Origin: Gemmatimonadota bacterium
GTDB lineage: Bacteria; Gemmatimonadota; Gemmatimonadetes; Longimicrobiales; RSA9
Direction of reading: 5' to 3'
DNA length: 47,991 nucleotides
Assembly: GCA_040905425.1 (NCBI GenBank)
Contig: JBBDRO010000030.1
Span: 1-47,991 of the forward strand
Shown here: in pieces, positions 28,939 to 38,725 of the stretch
Layout: every line of letters starts with the position of its first letter
How positions within the stretch are numbered: the stretch's first letter is position 1
Notes under the pieces: model-generated
Told to the model about the DNA's origin: nothing
Seen by the model: the letters and a program-made list of their open reading frames with translations, nothing else
Databases searched by the model: none
Translations under genes and position numbers: made by a program

Positions 28939-29856
28939 TCACCCCTCCCCGTCCATCCTCACCCGGAGCGGCACCAGCAGTAGCGGGCACCGCACCGTGC
29001 TCGCCACGCCCGCGGCGATGCTCCCCAGGAGGGTGCGAGCCACGAAACTGTAGCCGTGGGTGCCCATGACCACCAGGTCGGGCTGGAACTGCTCGGTTGC
29101 CGCCGTGACGCCTTCCACCTCCAGCGGGGCCGAGAAGGTGGAGGCGCGAATGGTTACCGGAGACCCACCGGGAAGACGACGCCTGGCCGCCTCGGTCTCC
29201 TTTTCCAGTAGCGCGTCCACCCCGAATGGGCGGTACATCCTGGTGGCAAATGCCTGGACGTGCACGATGTTCACCTCGGCGGAGCCCGGCGGGTCCCTCC
29301 GCTCCGGGGCCAGGGGGCCGGCGAGCCAGTCCACCACTGTCTCGAGCGCCTTGCGGGCGTGCTTGGAAAAATCGGTGGCCACCATCACCTGCTCGAGGGG
29401 CCGGGTGATGGCCTGGTGGGCAATAAGACATGGCCGCTCCGAGGTCCTGATCATACGGTCTGCGGTGGTGCCGAGCAGGTCGTCCAGCGCCGTACGCGGG
29501 GTGTGCTGGCCCAGCACCACCACATCCGCGGCTATGCTGTCGGCGAAGCGGGCAATCTCCTGGACGGGGATCCCCACTGCCACGTCGATCTCCACGGGGG
29601 GCGCGTCCTCTCCCAGGACGCGGTGGAACTGCTGCTCCAGCTCCTGCCGCGCCGAGTGGATGCGCTCCTCCTGCTCACGCTGATTTCCCGCCCCCTTCCA
29701 GTACGGAGGGACACGACGCGGCACGCAGTGGAAGAGCCGCATCCCGCTTCCCTCACCCGCTGCCAGCACCGCTGCGGTCCGCAGGGCGGCCTCCGAGCCT
29801 TCGGTCAGATCCGAGGTAGCGAGCACCGTACGCAGGGCATGCTTCTTCATGGTCAT
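28939..29856 (-). CDS. Universal stress protein (tandem USP domains)
   Basis: VLATSDLT, DVVVLG, LGTTADRMIR, VATDFS, DLVVMGTHG and LLGSIA motifs. Confidence 0.9.
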   Translation of the reverse strand: MTMKKHALRTVLATSDLTEGSEAALRTAAVLAAGEGSGMRLFHCVPRRVPPYWKGAGNQREQEERIHSARQELEQQFHRVLGEDAPPVEIDVAVGIPVQEIARFADSIAADVVVLGQHTPRTALDDLLGTTADRMIRTSERPCLIAHQAITRPLEQVMVATDFSKHARKALETVVDWLAGPLAPERRDPPGSAEVNIVHVQAFATRMYRPFGVDALLEKETEAARRRLPGGSPVTIRASTFSAPLEVEGVTAATEQFQPDLVVMGTHGYSFVARTLLGSIAAGVASTVRCPLLLVPLRVRMDGEG

Positions 29857-31484
29857 TCTCCGGGATCGGATCGGGGCCTCTCTTCGGGGTGCTGCGCCCT
29901 GGTGTCAGGAGCGGCTCCGGGCCGATTGCCGGTGTCCCCAGGGCCTGCGAACGTGGCCTTGAACCACTGGTTGAACTCGTCGGCAGCTGCCGCGGAGTAG
30001 AGGACGGGGATCCCGCCCCGTTCCTCCACCCAGAGAGCGTCCTCCTCGTCGAACACGCGCACGAGCACTGTGACCTGGGGTGCCGACTCAAGCAGGATTT
30101 GGTTGTCCCGGGGGCGACGGATCGTGGAGCCCACGAGCATCGCCTTCTCCACCCTGGCCACGCGGAGGACCTGGGGGTCGGAGGCCGTACCGTGCACACA
30201 CGCCACGCCCCCCTGGCGCAGGCGGGTGATGATCTCAGGGTCGTCGTCGATCACCACCACCTCCTCCCCGGCTGCCAGTAGCGTCTCCAGCAACGGCAGC
30301 CCTCCGGAACCGCACCCGAGAAGGACAATATGATTGCTCTGGGTGCCCTCTTCCATGTCCTTGCCAGCAAGGGGGTGGAGCCGGAGGAGCGCGTTCAGTC
30401 TGGCCTCACCGGTCAGGTACGGCGTCAGGACCATGGTGGCCACCGTAGCCAGCGCCAGCACGCTGAAGCTGTCCGGGGAGATGTGGCCGAGGAGCAGGGC
30501 GTGGAGCGCCACCACCAGGGACAGTTCGCTGGTCTGGGAGAGGAGGAGTCCCGCCTCCAGAGCCGGCCGCGCCGTGAAGCCGGAGCGTTCCGCCACCGCG
30601 GTGACCACCACTGGCGTGACCACCAGCACCACGAGCACCAGCACCAGGGCATGCACCAGTTCCCGGGGCCCGGGCACGGTGAGCAGCCCGCCCAGGGCCA
30701 GGAAGAAGATGGCGGTGAAGAAGACCACCACGGGCGTGAGCGGGCCACGCAGGAGCCCACTCACCGGAAACGGGGAGAGGGCCACCCCGGCCAGGAACGC
30801 CCCGGCCGCCACGGGCAGGGCAAGGGCGTGGGCCATGCCGACAAAGGCAAAGAGGACAGCCAGGCCGCCGAGCAGAAGAAGCTCCTCGTCCGCATGCAGG
30901 CGGGCGAGCCGCGGGGCCAGGCTCCGCTGCGCCAGGAAAGCCAGCGCCAGCAGCGCAGTCGTCCCTGCCAGGCTGGCCAGCACGGCCGGCCAACCGCCCG
31001 GGAGGCGAATGAGCAGGGGCATGAGGAGAATGATGAGAACGTCCTGCACCAGGAGTACGCCGGTGACCAGGCGGCCGTAAGGCTCAAAGAGCTGCCGCCG
31101 CTGCTGCAGGAGTGGGATGATGACCAGGGTGGAGCTGGCTGTCAGGGCCAGGCCAGTGTAGAGCGCCGTGAGGCCGTCAAATCCCAATGCCAGCGAGGTG
31201 AGCGTCCCGAGGAGTCCCAGGGTGGTGAACTGCAGAAATCCCACGCGCAGGGCAGCCGTCCTCTGTGCCCTCACCCGGCGGGGAGTCAGCTCCACGCCCA
31301 CCACGAAGAGAAGAAACGTGAGCCCCAGGACGAGAGCATCCTGCAGGAGGTCCGGAGGCAGAAGTCCCGCACGGGCCATGACGAAGCCCGCCAGCAACAA
31401 CAGGGGCGTGGCCGGAAGGCCCCACCGCCGGGCTATGCCGTGAGCCACCACGGCGCCTCCGAGGAAGAGGGCTATCTGGCTCAT
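29853..31484 (-). CDS. Cation:proton antiporter (CPA2/Kef-like) with TrkA-N domain
   Basis: LLFVVGVE, TASST, LLVQD and SQTSELS motifs; C-terminal HIVLLGCG; ATGA overlaps. Confidence 0.85.
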   Translation of the reverse strand: MSQIALFLGGAVVAHGIARRWGLPATPLLLLAGFVMARAGLLPPDLLQDALVLGLTFLLFVVGVELTPRRVRAQRTAALRVGFLQFTTLGLLGTLTSLALGFDGLTALYTGLALTASSTLVIIPLLQQRRQLFEPYGRLVTGVLLVQDVLIILLMPLLIRLPGGWPAVLASLAGTTALLALAFLAQRSLAPRLARLHADEELLLLGGLAVLFAFVGMAHALALPVAAGAFLAGVALSPFPVSGLLRGPLTPVVVFFTAIFFLALGGLLTVPGPRELVHALVLVLVVLVVTPVVVTAVAERSGFTARPALEAGLLLSQTSELSLVVALHALLLGHISPDSFSVLALATVATMVLTPYLTGEARLNALLRLHPLAGKDMEEGTQSNHIVLLGCGSGGLPLLETLLAAGEEVVVIDDDPEIITRLRQGGVACVHGTASDPQVLRVARVEKAMLVGSTIRRPRDNQILLESAPQVTVLVRVFDEEDALWVEERGGIPVLYSAAAADEFNQWFKATFAGPGDTGNRPGAAPDTRAQHPEERPRSDPGE

Positions 31485-33112
31485 TCCAGCACGCCCTTTG
31501 CGCGGAAGAGGCGGGCCATGCGCTTGGTTCCGGCGCTCTTCGACACCATTAGGTGGTCGGCGCCGTTGGCGCGGAGTTCCTCCATCAGGGCAAGGTCGAA
31601 GGCGTGGATGCTGGCGGGAACGCCGGCGTTCCGGCAGCGATAGGCCAACAGGTTGTTGGCGTCCTCGATCTGCAGCGCGGAAACCAGGAGCTTGGCACGC
31701 TCCAACCGCGCCTCGGCGAGCACGCTCGGGTCCTCGGCGCTGCCCAGCACCTTGCGGCTGGAGAGGGGGGCCAGTTTGAAGGGGTCCGTGTCGATGGCCA
31801 CGACCTCCTCACCCCGGTCCAGAAGATCGGTCACGATGCGGCGCCCCAGGGCGTTCATGCCAACCACGATGACGTGCCCACCAGGCAGATCTTCCTCCGC
31901 CACGTCTTCCGGCTCCGCCCTTGCGCCGAAGACCCTTAGCAGGCCGCGGCGCTTCACGAAGGCGTAGAGGGGCTGGTTGTAGAGAATCATGTACACGGAC
32001 CCGGCTATGGTCACCAGACCCACCACGCCGATGAGGGAGAGGACCGCGGCGTCGATGAGCCCGGCAGAGAGACCGACGGCGGCGAATACGAAGGAGAATT
32101 CGCTTATCTGGGCAACGGTGACACTGGTGAAGAAGGCCGTCCGCTCCCCGTAGCCCAGGCGGGCGATGACGGCCATGAAGATGATCGGGTTCCCCACGAG
32201 CACGAAGACGGACAGGAGAACGGCGGCCGCCCAGTGCTCGCCCGCCGCGCCGAGCTCCATCTCCACGGCCAGCGACACGAAGAAGACCATGACGAAGAAG
32301 CTCATGAGGGGATGCACCCGCCGGCGCAGCTCCCCACTGTACGGGAGCTGGGCCAGGCTGACTCCCGCCAGAAACGCCCCGATCTCCTTGGACACCCCCG
32401 TCCACTCCGCCGCCATCACGAAGAGGAAGCACCACCCCAGGCTCCAGATGAACATCCCCTCCGTGGACGTGCTCATCCAGGCGAAGAGGGGAGGGAGCAG
32501 GTAACGGGCGGCCAGGAGGGCGGCGCCCAGCAGAAGCGCCATGCCCCCGAACGCGGCCGCCAGGCTGCGGGCCACGGTTGCCGCGGTGAGTTCCTCGGGG
32601 TTACCCAGGCCGCTCAGCAGCGTGAGCGCTACGATGACCACAAGATCCTGCACCAGGAAAATCCCCACGGCAATGCGGCCGTAGAGGGTGTCCAGGTCAC
32701 CCTTCTGGGTGAGGACCTTCACCACCACCACGGTGCTGCTGAAGGTGAGTGCGGTGGCTATGAAGATGGACTCGATGACCCCGAAGCCCAGCAGGTAGGA
32801 GAGGACGAAGCCGCCGCAGGCCGTGAACGCCACCTGCCCGAGCCCCGCCAGGATGGCCACGCGACCCACGTCCCGGATCTTGTCGAGGCTGAGCTCTAGC
32901 CCCACGAGAAAGAGGAGCAGGACTATCCCCGTCTCGGTGATCAGGTGCACGGCGGCGGTGGGCTCGAGAAGGCCCGTGGCGGGCCCCAGGAGGAGGCCCG
33001 CCACGATGAACGCCACGATGGCGGGCGCCCTGGCCACCCGAGCCAGGAGGGCCGCGGCCATGGCGGCGATGACGATCTTGCCGAGGTCGAAGAGGATTGC
33101 CGGATCCAGCAT
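31481..33112 (-). CDS. Cation:proton antiporter (CPA2/Kef-like) with TrkA-N domain
   Basis: LLFLVGLE, TFSSTVV, FLVQD and AQISEFSF motifs; C-terminal HVIVVGMNALG. Confidence 0.88.
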   Translation of the reverse strand: MLDPAILFDLGKIVIAAMAAALLARVARAPAIVAFIVAGLLLGPATGLLEPTAAVHLITETGIVLLLFLVGLELSLDKIRDVGRVAILAGLGQVAFTACGGFVLSYLLGFGVIESIFIATALTFSSTVVVVKVLTQKGDLDTLYGRIAVGIFLVQDLVVIVALTLLSGLGNPEELTAATVARSLAAAFGGMALLLGAALLAARYLLPPLFAWMSTSTEGMFIWSLGWCFLFVMAAEWTGVSKEIGAFLAGVSLAQLPYSGELRRRVHPLMSFFVMVFFVSLAVEMELGAAGEHWAAAVLLSVFVLVGNPIIFMAVIARLGYGERTAFFTSVTVAQISEFSFVFAAVGLSAGLIDAAVLSLIGVVGLVTIAGSVYMILYNQPLYAFVKRRGLLRVFGARAEPEDVAEEDLPGGHVIVVGMNALGRRIVTDLLDRGEEVVAIDTDPFKLAPLSSRKVLGSAEDPSVLAEARLERAKLLVSALQIEDANNLLAYRCRNAGVPASIHAFDLALMEELRANGADHLMVSKSAGTKRMARLFRAKGVLE

Positions 33113-33274
33113 TCGCCATGATACGTCGGCCCTCCGCGTTCGTCGAGCGCCGACGTACCGGCTACGGGCCTCGAGCGGCGGCGGTCTGCCTCCCGGCTAA
33201 GGGCATCGAGCCGCGGCCGTCAACCGCTCCAGCAGGTGGTTGCGAGGCGCAGGCCACCACAGCCGGGACAACCG

Positions 33275-34477
33275 CTACCGCCCGCCCGCCGCGTCCCGTC
33301 CCCCCTCCCGCAGCATCTCCACCGCGGCCCGCTGAACCCGTGCGGCGCCTTCCCCCGAAGCGAGGGTGTTGGCGGTGTTGTATGCCACGATCACGGCGGT
33401 CCGCGTGCGCGGGTTGAAGAACAGGAAGACGCGAAAGCCGGCCTGGCTGCCGGTGTGACCCAGGACGCGGTCCTCCCCCTCTCCCAGGATGAAGAAGGAG
33501 AGGCCCATCCACTGCCCGGCGCCCGCCTGGTAGCCGGCGGTCATCGGCGCCACGGGGCGCCACATCTCCTGGAGCGCGGCGCTCGGCAGGATCGTGTCGT
33601 TCGGGGCGGCGCCCGTCAGGAAGGCCGCGTAGGTGGCCAGGTCACCGAGCGGCGCGTTCCAGCCGCCATTGGGTGTGGTGATGCCGGGGTCGAAGTCGGC
33701 ACCGTTGTCGATCACCACCGGCGCACCGAGGCTGTCCCGCCGCACGTGGTAATTGTGTGAGCGGTCCACGGCCAGGTGGTAGGGCGTGGCGCGGAAGTAG
33801 CTCCGCGTGAGGCCCAGCGGGCCGAAGATGTTCTTGTGGACGTAGCTCTCCCAGCTGTCCCCGCTCAGCTGCTCCACGATGCGCGCCAGGTAGATGAAGG
33901 CGGGGTTGGAGTAGCCGTAGCGCGAGCCCGGCGGAAAATGCAGTCGTTGATAAGGCATCATGGCCACGAGCTGCGCCCACTCGGTGGGTTCGAACGGCTC
34001 CCAGGCGTGCCCCTCGTCGTAGGGCCAGGTGGGGTTCATGAAGCCCGCGGTGTGGGAGAGCAGCATGCGGATGGTGATCCCCTCGAGCGCGCGGTAGGGG
34101 TCGTGCACGCGGCGCAGCTCGGGCACGTAGTCGACGACCGGATCGTCCAGGGTCAGCAGGCCGCGGTCGCGCAGCTGCATGACGGCGATGGCCGTCAGCG
34201 TCTTGGTGATGGAGCCCCAGTGGAAGAGGGTGGCGCTGTCCACCGGCACACCGGCGGCGCGGTCCGCCATGCCGAGTTCGAGGCGGTCCAGCACGCGGCC
34301 GTCCCGCATCACCAGCGCGGCGGCGCCCACCACGGCATCGGCGGCCACATAGGCACGGAAGGTGTCCTTGAACGCATCCCAGCCGTGCGGCGTCTGCGCG
34401 GCCGCGCCGCGCGGGCCCAGGGCGCAGAAGCCCACCAGGAGGGCGGCGGTGGTCGGGCGAAGCGTGAGCGGACGCAT
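33275..34477 (-). CDS. Serine hydrolase, beta-lactamase (class C-like) family
   Basis: SITK (SxxK), LLSHTAG, YGYSN and GHTG motifs; signal peptide from ATG 34477. Confidence 0.9.
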   Translation of the reverse strand: MRPLTLRPTTAALLVGFCALGPRGAAAQTPHGWDAFKDTFRAYVAADAVVGAAALVMRDGRVLDRLELGMADRAAGVPVDSATLFHWGSITKTLTAIAVMQLRDRGLLTLDDPVVDYVPELRRVHDPYRALEGITIRMLLSHTAGFMNPTWPYDEGHAWEPFEPTEWAQLVAMMPYQRLHFPPGSRYGYSNPAFIYLARIVEQLSGDSWESYVHKNIFGPLGLTRSYFRATPYHLAVDRSHNYHVRRDSLGAPVVIDNGADFDPGITTPNGGWNAPLGDLATYAAFLTGAAPNDTILPSAALQEMWRPVAPMTAGYQAGAGQWMGLSFFILGEGEDRVLGHTGSQAGFRVFLFFNPRTRTAVIVAYNTANTLASGEGAARVQRAAVEMLREGGRDAAGGR

Positions 34478-34605
34478 GGGCGGATGATCGTGTGCGGCGC
34501 GAGCGGGGGCAAGCCGCACCGCCGTCCTTCCCCTCCCCCCGCCCGCCGCGTTACTCTGTGTCAGCACGGAAATCCACTCAGCACCCCGCTTCCGGAAGGC
34601 CACCC

Positions 34606-35271
34606 ATGCCCGATGACCGCTACGATGAGGAGCAGGCCGCGGCCATCTTCACCAGGGCGGCGGAGGCGGAGGCCTCGGGTCGGCGGCCGGTCGGCGGATC
34701 CGGTGGGATGACGTTGCAGGAGCTGCAGGAGATCGGCCGCGAGGCCGGTCTCTCGCCGGAGGCCGTGGCGGAAGCCGCCGCGTCATTGCGGCCGGCCGGC
34801 ACGCCGGCGCCCACGCCCACCTTTCTCCGCATCCCCATCGGTGTGGCCCGCACGGTGCCGCTGCAGAGGCCGCTCTCCGATGAGGAATGGGGCGGACTCG
34901 TGGCGGAGTTGCGGGACACCTTCAACGCCGGTGGCACCCTACGCTCCGACGGCACCTTCCGGGAGTGGCGGAACGGCAATCTCCGCGTCCACGCCGGCCC
35001 GGCACCCGGCGGCTACCAGGTGGAGATGCGCACCTCCAAGGGTAGTGCCCGGAGCCTCATGACGGTGGGTGGCATCCTCGGGGGCATCGCAGCCGGAGCC
35101 GCGGCCATCGGGATCGTGACGGCGAGTGGCGTCGGCGATGTCAGTGAGCTGCTCATGGTGGGCGGGGTACTGTTCGGCGTCGGCGTGGTGCAGGTCCCGA
35201 TCTGGGCCCGCCGGCGCAAGCAGCAGTTCGAGAACATTGCCCGCCGTCTAAATGAGGCCGTACGGAGCTAG
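34606..35271 (+). CDS. Hypothetical protein with C-terminal TM pair
   Basis: YDEEQAAAIF..A, GMTLQELQEIGREAGL; two hydrophobic C-terminal helices. Confidence 0.7.
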   Translation: MPDDRYDEEQAAAIFTRAAEAEASGRRPVGGSGGMTLQELQEIGREAGLSPEAVAEAAASLRPAGTPAPTPTFLRIPIGVARTVPLQRPLSDEEWGGLVAELRDTFNAGGTLRSDGTFREWRNGNLRVHAGPAPGGYQVEMRTSKGSARSLMTVGGILGGIAAGAAAIGIVTASGVGDVSELLMVGGVLFGVGVVQVPIWARRRKQQFENIARRLNEAVRS

Positions 35272-35322
35272 ACGGAGGATATTGCCAGCCGGCCGAGCGA
35301 GGCCTCCGGAGCTAGACGGAGG
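35236..35322 (+). repeat. Degenerate tandem duplication of a gene 3' end, with exact 16-mer CGGAGCTAGACGGAGG
   Basis: Exact copies at 35263-35278 and 35307-35322, each preceded by ATTGCC.GCCG...GAGGCC. Confidence 0.7.
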
Positions 35323-35366
35323 CCGTGCTTATCCTGCCACACGAGGTCCTTACCGCCGCCACCTGC

Positions 35367-35395
35367 TTGACATCCGAAGAGCTTCGGAGTAGATA
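35367..35395 (+). promoter_or_regulatory. sigma70 promoter with a palindromic operator in the spacer (candidate BlaI-family site)
   Basis: TTGACA-N17-TAGATA; spacer holds TCCGAAG-AG-CTTCGGA (35373-35388). Confidence 0.7.
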
Positions 35396-35433
35396 GGTAG
35401 CGGATGTTCTGGGCTTTAGCCGGGTGGATGCCG

Positions 35434-35808
35434 ATGCGACCGCTGCCTTCGGACGGCGAGCTGGAAATACTGGCCGTGCTGTGGGGCCGGGGGCCGAGCA
35501 CGGTGCGCCAGGTGCACGGCGCGTTGCCCAGCGGGCGCGACGTGTCCTACAACACGGTGGGCAAGCTGCTCCAGATCATGACGGACAAGGGTCTGGTAGC
35601 AGTGGACTCCAGCACGCGGGCTCACGTCTACGCAGCGGTTGAGGCGGAGGCCGACGTGCAGGGCCGGCTGGCTCGTGATCTGATGCGCCGCGCATTTGGT
35701 GGCTCGGCGGCGCAGCTCGCACTTCGTGCGCTCTCCCGGGAAGCGTGCACGCCGGCGGAACTGGGCGAGCTGCGGGCGCTGCTCGATGCGCTGGAGGCAG
35801 AGGAGTAA
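35434..35808 (+). CDS. BlaI/MecI/CopY family transcriptional repressor
   Basis: ELEILAVLW..GPSTVRQV, YNTVGKLLQIM..KGLV and AFGGS motifs. Confidence 0.9.
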   Translation: MRPLPSDGELEILAVLWGRGPSTVRQVHGALPSGRDVSYNTVGKLLQIMTDKGLVAVDSSTRAHVYAAVEAEADVQGRLARDLMRRAFGGSAAQLALRALSREACTPAELGELRALLDALEAEE

Positions 35809-37064
35809 TGGCTGCGCTGAACGTCTCTTTCGCTCCCATCGGTTGGGCCCTCCTTCACCTGACCTGGCAGTTTTCACTGGTCGCCGCGATGCTGCGCCTC
35901 GGACAGAGGATCGCGGGCGATCCTCCGCCAGCGGTTCGATACTCCCTGATGCTCGGCGCTATGTTCACCGCGCCTGTGCTGCTCGTGGCCACGGCGCTCG
36001 TAACGTCCGCCCTCGCGGCCGCTGGGGACGGCGGCGCCGCAGAGGCGGCCAGCAGCGCCGCAAGCGTGCTGCATGCGACGTCGCCGCCGAATGCGCTCGA
36101 TCTGCTGGCCTCCGGTGCGCCTCTGCTCGGAATCGTGTGGGCAACCTGGATGCTCGTGCTGCTGGTCCGCTGGAGTGGCGGGCTGTGGCTGCTCAATCGC
36201 ACGGTAGGTCCGCGCAGCCGACCGGCCGGCCGCGAGCACGGGCAAATGGTTGCCGTACTCGCCCGGCACATGGGCGTCGACCGGCCTGTCCGGTTGCGCG
36301 TCAGCAAGGACGTCGACAGTCCCTGTGTGGTCGGGCACCGCCGCGCGACGCTGCTGGTGTCGGAGTCGTTCCTGAACAGCGCGCACCCGGATGAACTTCG
36401 TGCCGTCATGGCCCATGAGCTCGCGCATGTCAGACGTGGAGACTTCCTGCACAGAGCCGCTCAGACGCTGATCCGCTCGGCTTTCGGGTTTCATCCGGCC
36501 GTGCGCTGGATGTCGGACGAGCTGGACGTCCGGCGCGAGCAGGCGTGCGACGACATTGCCGCAGCGACCGTGGCGGATCGGCGCCGTTACGCCGCGGCAC
36601 TGGCCCGGCTCGCAATCCTGCGCGGCAGCGCACATGCTCTCGCGCCGGCGGCGGACGGGGCGCCCCTGCTGGATCGCGTCCGGCGGCTGAAGAACCCGCC
36701 GCCAGCTGGTTTCTCACCTTCGAGCCGCCGCCGAATCGCGGCGGCGATGGCGCTTTGCGCACTCGTCCTATCTCTCACCGCCGCGGGTGCACTGCCGACC
36801 ACCGCCCGTGCCCTGGTGGCCGCCGAAGGACGATCGGCCGCGTTCACCTTCAATGCCACCGATCCCGCCGGCGAGTTCACGCTTTCGCTTCGCGCCGGCA
36901 GAGCCGTTCACGCCACCGTGGATGGCCAGGTGCTCATGCCGCCCCGGCTGTCGCAGCAGGGCGCAGCAGTCACCCTCAACCCGCCAGCGCCGTACACCCC
37001 CTTCGTCGTGCAGATCGTCCCCGGCGGCATCCGCTGGGACGCGCGCGCTTCGCGCGGACGCTGA
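35808..37064 (+). CDS. M56 family metallopeptidase (BlaR1-like)
   Basis: GWALLHLTWQ, SPCVVG, HELAHVRRGD, FHPAV and REQACDD motifs; TAATG overlap with the repressor. Confidence 0.9.
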   Translation: MAALNVSFAPIGWALLHLTWQFSLVAAMLRLGQRIAGDPPPAVRYSLMLGAMFTAPVLLVATALVTSALAAAGDGGAAEAASSAASVLHATSPPNALDLLASGAPLLGIVWATWMLVLLVRWSGGLWLLNRTVGPRSRPAGREHGQMVAVLARHMGVDRPVRLRVSKDVDSPCVVGHRRATLLVSESFLNSAHPDELRAVMAHELAHVRRGDFLHRAAQTLIRSAFGFHPAVRWMSDELDVRREQACDDIAAATVADRRRYAAALARLAILRGSAHALAPAADGAPLLDRVRRLKNPPPAGFSPSSRRRIAAAMALCALVLSLTAAGALPTTARALVAAEGRSAAFTFNATDPAGEFTLSLRAGRAVHATVDGQVLMPPRLSQQGAAVTLNPPAPYTPFVVQIVPGGIRWDARASRGR

Positions 37065-37090
37065 TCACCCTCATCCACAAGAGCTGCCCT

Positions 37091-38434
37091 ATGCCCCCAC
37101 ATCCTTTAGTCCGAACGCTTTCGGAATTGAGCCACCGGATCACCTGGCTGGCGGGCCTCCTGGCGGTGATACCCGGGGGACAGCTCACGGCACAGGGCAT
37201 CGATGCCGCGCTGGCGCGCGAGTACTTTGCCGAAGCCGACATGCTGGGACTCGAGAGCACGCGGCTCTGGGGCATCCCGCTGCATGGCCCGATGATCCTC
37301 GTGGAGCAGGGCACGCGCCAGGCGCTGGCTAATGCGCCGGACACGTCCGGCGTGCTGCGGGCCGTGGACGGCGTGTGGACGGGAGTCCTGCCGGACAACG
37401 TCGGGATCGCGAATACGGCAGTGGAGTGGGGCGGGCGTCGCTGGACCATGCTGGTGTGGCCGTTGCCGTACGGCAGGATGTCCCGGTGGCGGCTGCTGAC
37501 TCATGAGATGTTCCACCGCGCCCAGCCGGAGCTCGGCCTGCCCGGGCGTGACGCCACGAACGCGCATCTCGACACCGAGGACGGCCGTCTGCTGCTGCGG
37601 CTCGAGTGGCGCGCGTTGCAGCTCGCGCTCGCCGACAGCGGCGCCGCACGTCGTGCGGCCATTGCCGATGCGATGCTCTTTCGGACACGCCGTCACGAGC
37701 GCTTCCCGGCGGCAGCGGACGAGGAACGGCAGCTCGAGCTGAACGAAGGTCTCGCGGAATACACGGGTATCGCAGTAGCAGTGCCCGTGAACGCCCGGGC
37801 AGGGTGGGCGGCGGCGCAGATCGAGAGCTATGATGCGCGCGCGGCGAACGGCTCGATCGGGCGGAGCTTCGCCTACGCAACGGGGCCGGCGCTGGGCATC
37901 CTGCTCGATGCGGCCGATCCCGACTGGCGGCAGCGCGTGGGGCCCGACACCGACCTGGCATCGTTGCTCGCGCGCGCCCACCGGCTCCCGCCGGAGCCGA
38001 CGGGCGAGTTGAACGACCGCTGGACGAAGTACGACGGGGCGCGGCTGGCAGCCGAGGAACTCGGCCGCGCAGACGAGATCGCCGAGCGCGATGCGCTCAT
38101 GAGGTCCCGGTTCGTGGACGGCCCCACACTGACCCTCCCGTCGACCGGCGCGCTCCGCTACACGTTCAATCCAAACGAGGTCGTGCCCTTCGGCGAGGGT
38201 GGCACGGTCTACCTCACCACGGAGGTGCGCGACGCCTGGGGACTGCTGAAGGTGACGATGGACGGCGCGCTCCTCATCCGTGAAGCCGGACGAATCGCGC
38301 GCGTGATCGTGCCGGCGCCGGCACAACCCGAAGCAAGCCCCCTGCACGGTCCCGGCTGGACGCTCGACCTGGCCGAAGGCTGGGCGGTCGTACCCGGCGC
38401 CAGTGCTGGCGACTTCACGCTGAGCAGGCGGTGA
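37091..38434 (+). CDS. Secreted putative gluzincin-type metallopeptidase
   Basis: Signal-like N-terminus; HEMFH (HExxH) plus downstream NEGLAEY and FAY. Confidence 0.65.
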   Translation: MPPHPLVRTLSELSHRITWLAGLLAVIPGGQLTAQGIDAALAREYFAEADMLGLESTRLWGIPLHGPMILVEQGTRQALANAPDTSGVLRAVDGVWTGVLPDNVGIANTAVEWGGRRWTMLVWPLPYGRMSRWRLLTHEMFHRAQPELGLPGRDATNAHLDTEDGRLLLRLEWRALQLALADSGAARRAAIADAMLFRTRRHERFPAAADEERQLELNEGLAEYTGIAVAVPVNARAGWAAAQIESYDARAANGSIGRSFAYATGPALGILLDAADPDWRQRVGPDTDLASLLARAHRLPPEPTGELNDRWTKYDGARLAAEELGRADEIAERDALMRSRFVDGPTLTLPSTGALRYTFNPNEVVPFGEGGTVYLTTEVRDAWGLLKVTMDGALLIREAGRIARVIVPAPAQPEASPLHGPGWTLDLAEGWAVVPGASAGDFTLSRR

Positions 38435-38725
38435 GCGGACTGCCGTCACGGAAAGGATAGTAAGTTCAACCCACCTCTGCGGCCTTGATCCGAGATAGGG
38501 CGGGCTGCTCGGTGGCGACAAGCGTGCTGTCGGTCAGGGAGAGAGGCCGCGACCGTGGGCCGTGCGCCATGGCGGATCGGGGCACGGCGTGGTGAAGCGC
38601 GGAGCCCGGGGGCTGAAGAGGAGCCAGGCGCCAGGTGGAAGCGTGCCACCGCGTTTGTCCCCACCGCCGTCATTCCTTACCCTCTCCCCCATGCGATTCG
38701 GACGCAACACCCGAACCGGGACGTG

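Noticed and set aside
28189..29856. Stop-codon readthrough fusion of USP and HNH (same frame across TGA 28939)
   Set aside because: One-in-three chance coincidence; USP is complete and no readthrough or SECIS-like signal is evident
38435..38725. Riboswitch or ncRNA upstream of the symporter (also 5071-5213)
   Set aside because: Only generic GC-rich hairpins; no family consensus recognised. An Infernal/Rfam scan would be needed
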